From Tubulanus polymorphus (Eukaryota; Animalia; Nemertea): a stretch of DNA of 64,000 nt. The notes beneath the pieces were generated by a model. It made no database searches. It saw only the letters and a program-made list of their open reading frames with translations, and was not told the origin of the DNA. Position numbers and translations under genes: made by a program. How positions within the stretch are numbered: the first letter of the stretch is position 1; every line of letters starts with the position of its first letter. This document shows, piece by piece, positions 58,628-64,000 of this stretch. Location of the stretch: the NCBI RefSeq assembly GCF_964204645.1, contig NC_134033.1:1756131-1820130 (forward strand). Reading direction: 5' to 3'.

Positions 58628-61600
58628 ATGGCGGGCGAAATCGAACTGGATAGCGGTATAATGACCAGTGCGGTGAATTTACAGCGATTACGCGACATGG
58701 TTCGGGGTTACATCGACAAGGTAAAATATTTCAGTCATTATAGAGAATTTTAGGTGAATTATTGTGTGGTCTGAATCGATTTAAAGTGATTTATAGCGGT
58801 CCAAAGTGCCCGAGGATGAACAAATTCAAGTCAAAAAAGCAATTTATTCATTGACATTTGTCTGGTCGAATTCTGTATTGTATTTATATTTTCAGCACCA
58901 GTATAACAGCGCTCTGTTCTGGGCAGATAAATTAGTTTCACTGTCAAAAGGTAAACATTCTGCAAAAATTCCCAATTCATTTGGATAATATTTTATTAAT
59001 TAATTAAAATAGGATCAGTAACTAAACATCCAGCCCAACAAAAAGTCTTTTTATGTATAGTACCTAGGATACTGGGTCAAAAACTGTTTTGTCGGGCACC
59101 TGCGGGGCCGGGCTAGAAGGGAATCAGAAAAGATGTGTTCCCCAGAAGAAAGTCATTATATCTCAAATTCTCAAAACTATCAATGATAAAATAGGCCTAT
59201 TAGCTATATTATTTCTGCTGGTGAGGTAGGCCTACACCCCCTCCCTCCTCTATTCTGCCTGACTAGATCAATATTCTTATGGTTTCAAAAATTGATTTTA
59301 GGTGAAACTCAAGATGTTTACTGGTACGCGCAGACTCAGTATCTGACCGGCGAATTTCACAGAGCAGCGAATTTAATCACTTCAAAAAAACTGCACAAGG
59401 TAAAAAAAACTTGAATAAACTCTTAAATTTCATAGTCTTGACTTCCCAGTAATTTGAGTAGAATTAGTTGATAGATATTTAACTTTTGAGTCAAGTTTTT
59501 ACCCGATTTAAATATATTCTTACAATGTACGTATGTATTTGTTATAACACTTGTATTCCTCAAGATGACTATGAGGATATGGCCAAAAAAAAGTTGAAAA
59601 AAATAAAAGTTGAAACTCTAAGAAATTTCCTATTTTTGTTATAACACTTGTATTCATGAAGATGACTATGAGGATATAATTTATATTTATAAAAACGTTT
59701 AAAAAATAAGTTAAAACTCAAAGAAAGCTATTTCTTCATTAAATGAGATTCAAGTCATTAGTCACACGCCGGATTCTCTGTTTTACTGAGATACAGAATG
59801 ATTTAAATCTTGTTTTCATTTTCAGACACACGTGGCCTGTAGATATTTAGCCGCCAAATGTCATGTAAGTTTTTTTTAATGTTCATAAATCATTTTAGTG
59901 CCGAAAGTTTTCATCCCCCGAAAATGCTGATAATTTTATATTAAAAAAGGTTCCACCCCAGTGTTGAATAACAGGCATAACGTGTTATTGCATCTACATC
60001 ACGGTGCGGTGTATCATTAGTTACTAATATTTCACCATGGTGCTGCCATCTTTCAGTAGAGATTAGATTTTAACTAAATAACAATAACATGGACACATCG
60101 CACCGCGGGGCAGGCACGATATAGGTTGCATGCACCGCAGGGTACATGTGTATTGAAAGATGAATAAATGAATAGAAAAAAATCTAAAAATTCCCTGAGA
60201 ACACTATTTGGACACATAGCACTGCGGGGCAGCCACAATATAGGGTGCATGCACCGCAGGGTATGTGTATGAAAGATGAATAAATGAAAAGAAATAAGTT
60301 AAAAAATTCTCTCGAGAACACTACATGGACACATCGCACTGCGTGGTCGCCACAATGAGGGTGGGTGGATTATACACCGCATTGCAAGGTACACATACTG
60401 AAAGGGTTGATGAATAAATATATATTTGATGATTGTGAGAACATTTAAGGAATAGAGGAAATTCTAGATTGGTTTTACTTAAATATTAGTTAATGTGTGC
60501 TATTTTCAGTATGAAACTAAAGAATACCAGGAGGCGTTGGATATACTGGATCTGGTCGAATCGACCGGTCAAAAAACGCCGGTCAACAACTCATCAACAT
60601 CATTAACATCATCGGCTTCTAAACATGAGAAAAGTATGGTCGTAGAGGAAGAGGCTGGCATACCAGTCAAAGGGGTCAGTTTCCTTATTATGTACTTATA
60701 CGATTATACGGCTTAAAAAGAAGTGATACCTTGTTTCTCCTATAAATCGGTCCAGGTCATTTTTGTAAACTGCAATAAAATTTATATTCAGCTCATTATA
60801 ACTGCCTGGTCTGTTATGGTTAGCTTGATCATGATTTTTAGAAATATAGGCAACTAGAAATGTTTGTACCGTAGCTGTCCGGTAAAGGATGCGTAAATCG
60901 ATTTTTCACCCAATTAGGCGCAAGAGTTGGAAGTAGGATCTATAAGGTCATTACCAAAATGAGAAACTGAGTTAAGGTAATGAAATTTTCTCACCGAGCC
61001 ACCAAATTATCGGTTTACCGAGAGATAAATAGTACCGACTTAGGAGGAGTCTACTGTAATTGAGATATAAAAGTGATGCAGACGCTTCCTCGAAAATTGA
61101 GATTTCCCCCAAATATTCTCCTTATATGGGAATGACTGATCTGATTACAAAACCACTGAATTATCAGTTTATTGAGATAAACAGTACTGATTGAGGAGGA
61201 GTCTACTGTAATTGAGATATGAAAGTGATGCAGACGCTTCCTCGAAATTAGAAATTTTCTCCTGGAATGTAGGGACCCTGCTATTATCTGTCCTTAAAAT
61301 TTCCGATTTCAAAATCAAACCCTCTGTTTCAGTCACTGCAGTAGTAACTGGTGGTGGTTATTTTTAATTGTCTGGTTTTTGTCGATATTTCAGATTTCCG
61401 CCTGTATCTGTTTGTTAAGAGGTCTCGTTTATTCGGGAATGGACAATCGTAATTTAGCCGCTGAATGTTTCCGCGAGGCGCTGCAACTCGACGTTCATTG
61501 TTACGAGGCGTTCGATTATCTGGTCAACAATCACATGCTCTCCGCGCAGGAAGGTGAGTAGATGTGTTTGAATCAATTATTGTACAGGGCCCAATTTCAC

Positions 61601-63197
61601 AAGATGGATAAAATCGATTTGATAATTATAATGATAATAATGCGATTTATATAGCGTTAAATCCAGCCAGGCTGCTCAGAGCGCTTTAAGATTTAACTCA
61701 ATTATTGAATAAATCGAATTGATTAAAGGGTCGAATCTTTTTCTGTGAAACTGGGCCCAGGTGTTAGATCGAGCTGAAAAAATAAAAATTGTCGAAAATA
61801 GCGTAAAATTGACGTGTGCTTAAAACAAAAGGAAAAAATCATGAAAATGTGTGAAAACTGATGAAAAAAGTGTGGTTCAGATTGATGTGAAAAATGGTCG
61901 TCTGCTTAAAAAATTTCAAAAAATATTGGAATTATCATGAAAATGCCCTATAACTTTGAGTGCAGAATCTCTATACACAAGCTACCTTGAAGTTTCATTC
62001 TCCAGATTGTGATCAGTGAAACCGCTAATGTTATTAATTATTGTACGTTGACAATTTTTCAGAACGCGATCTTCTCGAATCGTTACCATTCAGTAAACAA
62101 TGCGACCTAAACGAGATCGAGTTGGTTCGATTTCTCTACGAGAATAAACTGAAAAAGGTTCGTAAGCAAATGAAAATTATCAGTTTTAAGAGACTCGTAA
62201 CAGGCAGCTGCAATCACTACCACGTCAGATAATCAGACCAACAAATCGTCTGATGAATTTTGTCCTGTCCCAAAAAGTTGTACAATTCACTATTTATATT
62301 TTATTTTAGCCCATGGCGGACATATTTTTCTGTCGACCTTCGGAATTTTTTTGAAAACGGGGGAATTTCCACAAGGAAAGTGGTCCGAATGCATCTAAAT
62401 TTTCATTACGTTATGTTATGCATGTCCGTCAGTGTTGACCCAATCTTCCCAAAAGCTAGCCGCTTTAGCGAATTTTTGCATAACGAGAGAAATCCCACAA
62501 TAAATTCAGCCAAAAAAGGAGATATATATATGAGACGAGAAGATACACAATATCCGTGTAAGAAGATAACAAGAGAAATCCCACAATAAGTTCAGCCAAA
62601 ACGAGAAACTTGAATAGAAGAGTTATATGTATTTGCGCAACGTTTCGGCTAAAGACTATTAGCCATCATCAGGCGTACTGTCCAGTACGCCTGATGATGG
62701 CTTTGAGTACGCCTGATGATGGCTAATAGTCTTTAGCCGAAACGTTGCGCAAATATATATAACTCTTCTATTCAAGTTTCTCGTTTTGGCTGAACTTATT
62801 GTGGGAGATATATATATATATTTCGAGCAATGTTTCGGTTATATACCATTAGCCATCATCAGGCGTACCTGAGAACAGACTGAAATAACGGAATAATTAT
62901 ACAAGAATCAGACAATAGGATTAAGATTAAAGTAATTTAATTTAAGCCGGAGAACAAAGACGGCAAACAGCAAACTAGGGGTGAATATAATACGAGTTAA
63001 GGTAATTTAAAAACAAAGCCAGAAATTAAGGGTGATTAACGCGTTTCTTCTAATTATTTTCAGTACGATAAACCGAAAGATCTAGCGTTGCCGACGTCGT
63101 TGAGTAATCTGTGCGAGAATATCGACGTGATCATAAACCTCGCCGAACGTCATTATTATAACTGTGATTTCCGAGAATGTTTCAAAATTACTTCCAC
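58628..63197 (+). CDS. CDC16: Anaphase-promoting complex subunit 6 / CDC16 (TPR protein); 5' part, continues beyond the window
   Basis: join(58628..58720,58896..58950,59302..59399,59826..59864,60510..60674,61394..61553,62063..62157,63064..63197...). QYNSALFWADKLVSLS, ACRYLAAKCH, CLLRGLVYSGMDNRNLA, LAERHYYNCDF. Confidence 0.95.
61588..61757. mobile_element. Harbinger-like MITE with CAG TSD
   Basis: cag|GGCCCAATTTCACA ... TGTGAAACTGGGCC|cag. Confidence 0.65.
62490..62880. mobile_element. Penelope-like retroelement end: inverted pseudo-LTRs (101-bp arms 62579-62679 / 62706-62806)
   Basis: Near-perfect inverted repeat (1 mismatch); each arm carries a CTGATGA...GAAAC hammerhead core; further partial copies at 62684-62701 and 62830-62868. 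Confidence 0.7.
62708..62750 (+). ncRNA. Minimal type-I hammerhead ribozyme motif (mirror copy on minus at 62635-62677)
   Basis: cgc-CUGAUGA-U-GGCUAA(uagucu)UUAGCC-GAAA-CG-UU^gcg: intact core, 6-bp stem II, palindromic AACGUU stem III, 3-bp stem I. Confidence 0.6.
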
Positions 63198-63525
63198 GTA
63201 AGTCGGGGGTTTTTTTTGGACGCCGTAATAATCTTTACAATAACGTTTATATACGTTGATACCTAGTAACAATTGCAATTGTGAATTTTGAATCTCAAAA
63301 TTTACTGTCTCCAGCCTAAGTACTTTAAGTGGACGTTCATTTACTGTAGTCGCTGCTTCCCTTTGGAATAACGTTGATAAACCACCTGCGTAATATTCAC
63401 GATGTCAACCAGTTTAAACGTTCACTTAAACATCTACTCTTTCAACGTGCCTATACTTAGTGATTATGAACCATCGCAGTGCGCCGGTGAACTTATCTTT
63501 TAAGAAACAGGCGCCTTATAAATGT

Positions 63526-63569
<44 letters not shown>

Positions 63570-64000
63570 TTTGGCATTTATTTTGTAATTAAATTTGTTT
63601 AATAACTTTTTTTTATTTGATAAATTTTGATGATTATTTTTGGAAAGGATACTATTCGTGATCTAACGTCTGCTCCAGGACCTCGGCTTGACAATCATAC
63701 AGTGATTTTGCGAGGTCCTGGTGATTGTCATGTATTAACTAATTATGAATATCATGGTTCCCACAGAACAGGGAAATTGGGAAAAACTTGGGAATTTTGA
63801 AATAATAATTCGCGGTTTGGAAATATTTGGGAATTTGAAAAATATTCCTCAAAACAGGGAAATATTTGGGAAATTCATTACATTTCACACATTGCATTTG
63901 CCAAGGGCAACTTTATTAAGGGCAACTTTCTTCAGCGATTTCCCTGGAAAATCACCTTTATCAACCAGTCACAGCTAAAATGTTGGCTGTAGCATGATAA

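Overview
Eukaryotic (animal, intron-rich, AT-rich) genomic DNA. It is probably from a marine spiralian or other non-ecdysozoan invertebrate. That is inferred from TTAGGG repeats, U12-type introns, a SHIP gene and an intronless peptide-type GPCR; I cannot name the species. I assembled exon structures by hand from GT-AG sites and reading-frame continuity. Left to right: the 3' part of a rhodopsin-family GPCR; a tandem cluster of four paralogous secreted Gly/Tyr/Gln/Asn-rich protein genes (3.6-15.3 kb) that I do not recognise as a named family; then seven conserved genes, namely SHIP (INPP5D/INPPL1 co-orthologue, -), ATG3 (+), PCID2 (-), TXNDC17 (+), RFC4 (+), RNF13-like (-) and CDC16 (+, running off the window). 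Six of the seven form three head-to-head pairs. ATG3 and PCID2 each carry a U12-type intron. Introns are full of MITEs (PIF/Harbinger-like with CWG/TAA TSDs, piggyBac-like with TTAA TSDs), minisatellites and Penelope-like remnants with hammerhead-ribozyme motifs. The best candidate for a novel system is the four-gene cluster. Each protein has a signal peptide, a mature N-terminus of (S)YYG, an interchangeable Gly-rich repeat block, an indel-free ~176-aa domain with its only invariant Trp (DTGW) at the midpoint and symmetric, same-face aromatics (suggesting a giant beta-hairpin), and a C-terminal Y-G(-R) that looks like an amidation signal. Together this suggests an undescribed secreted biomaterial protein family.
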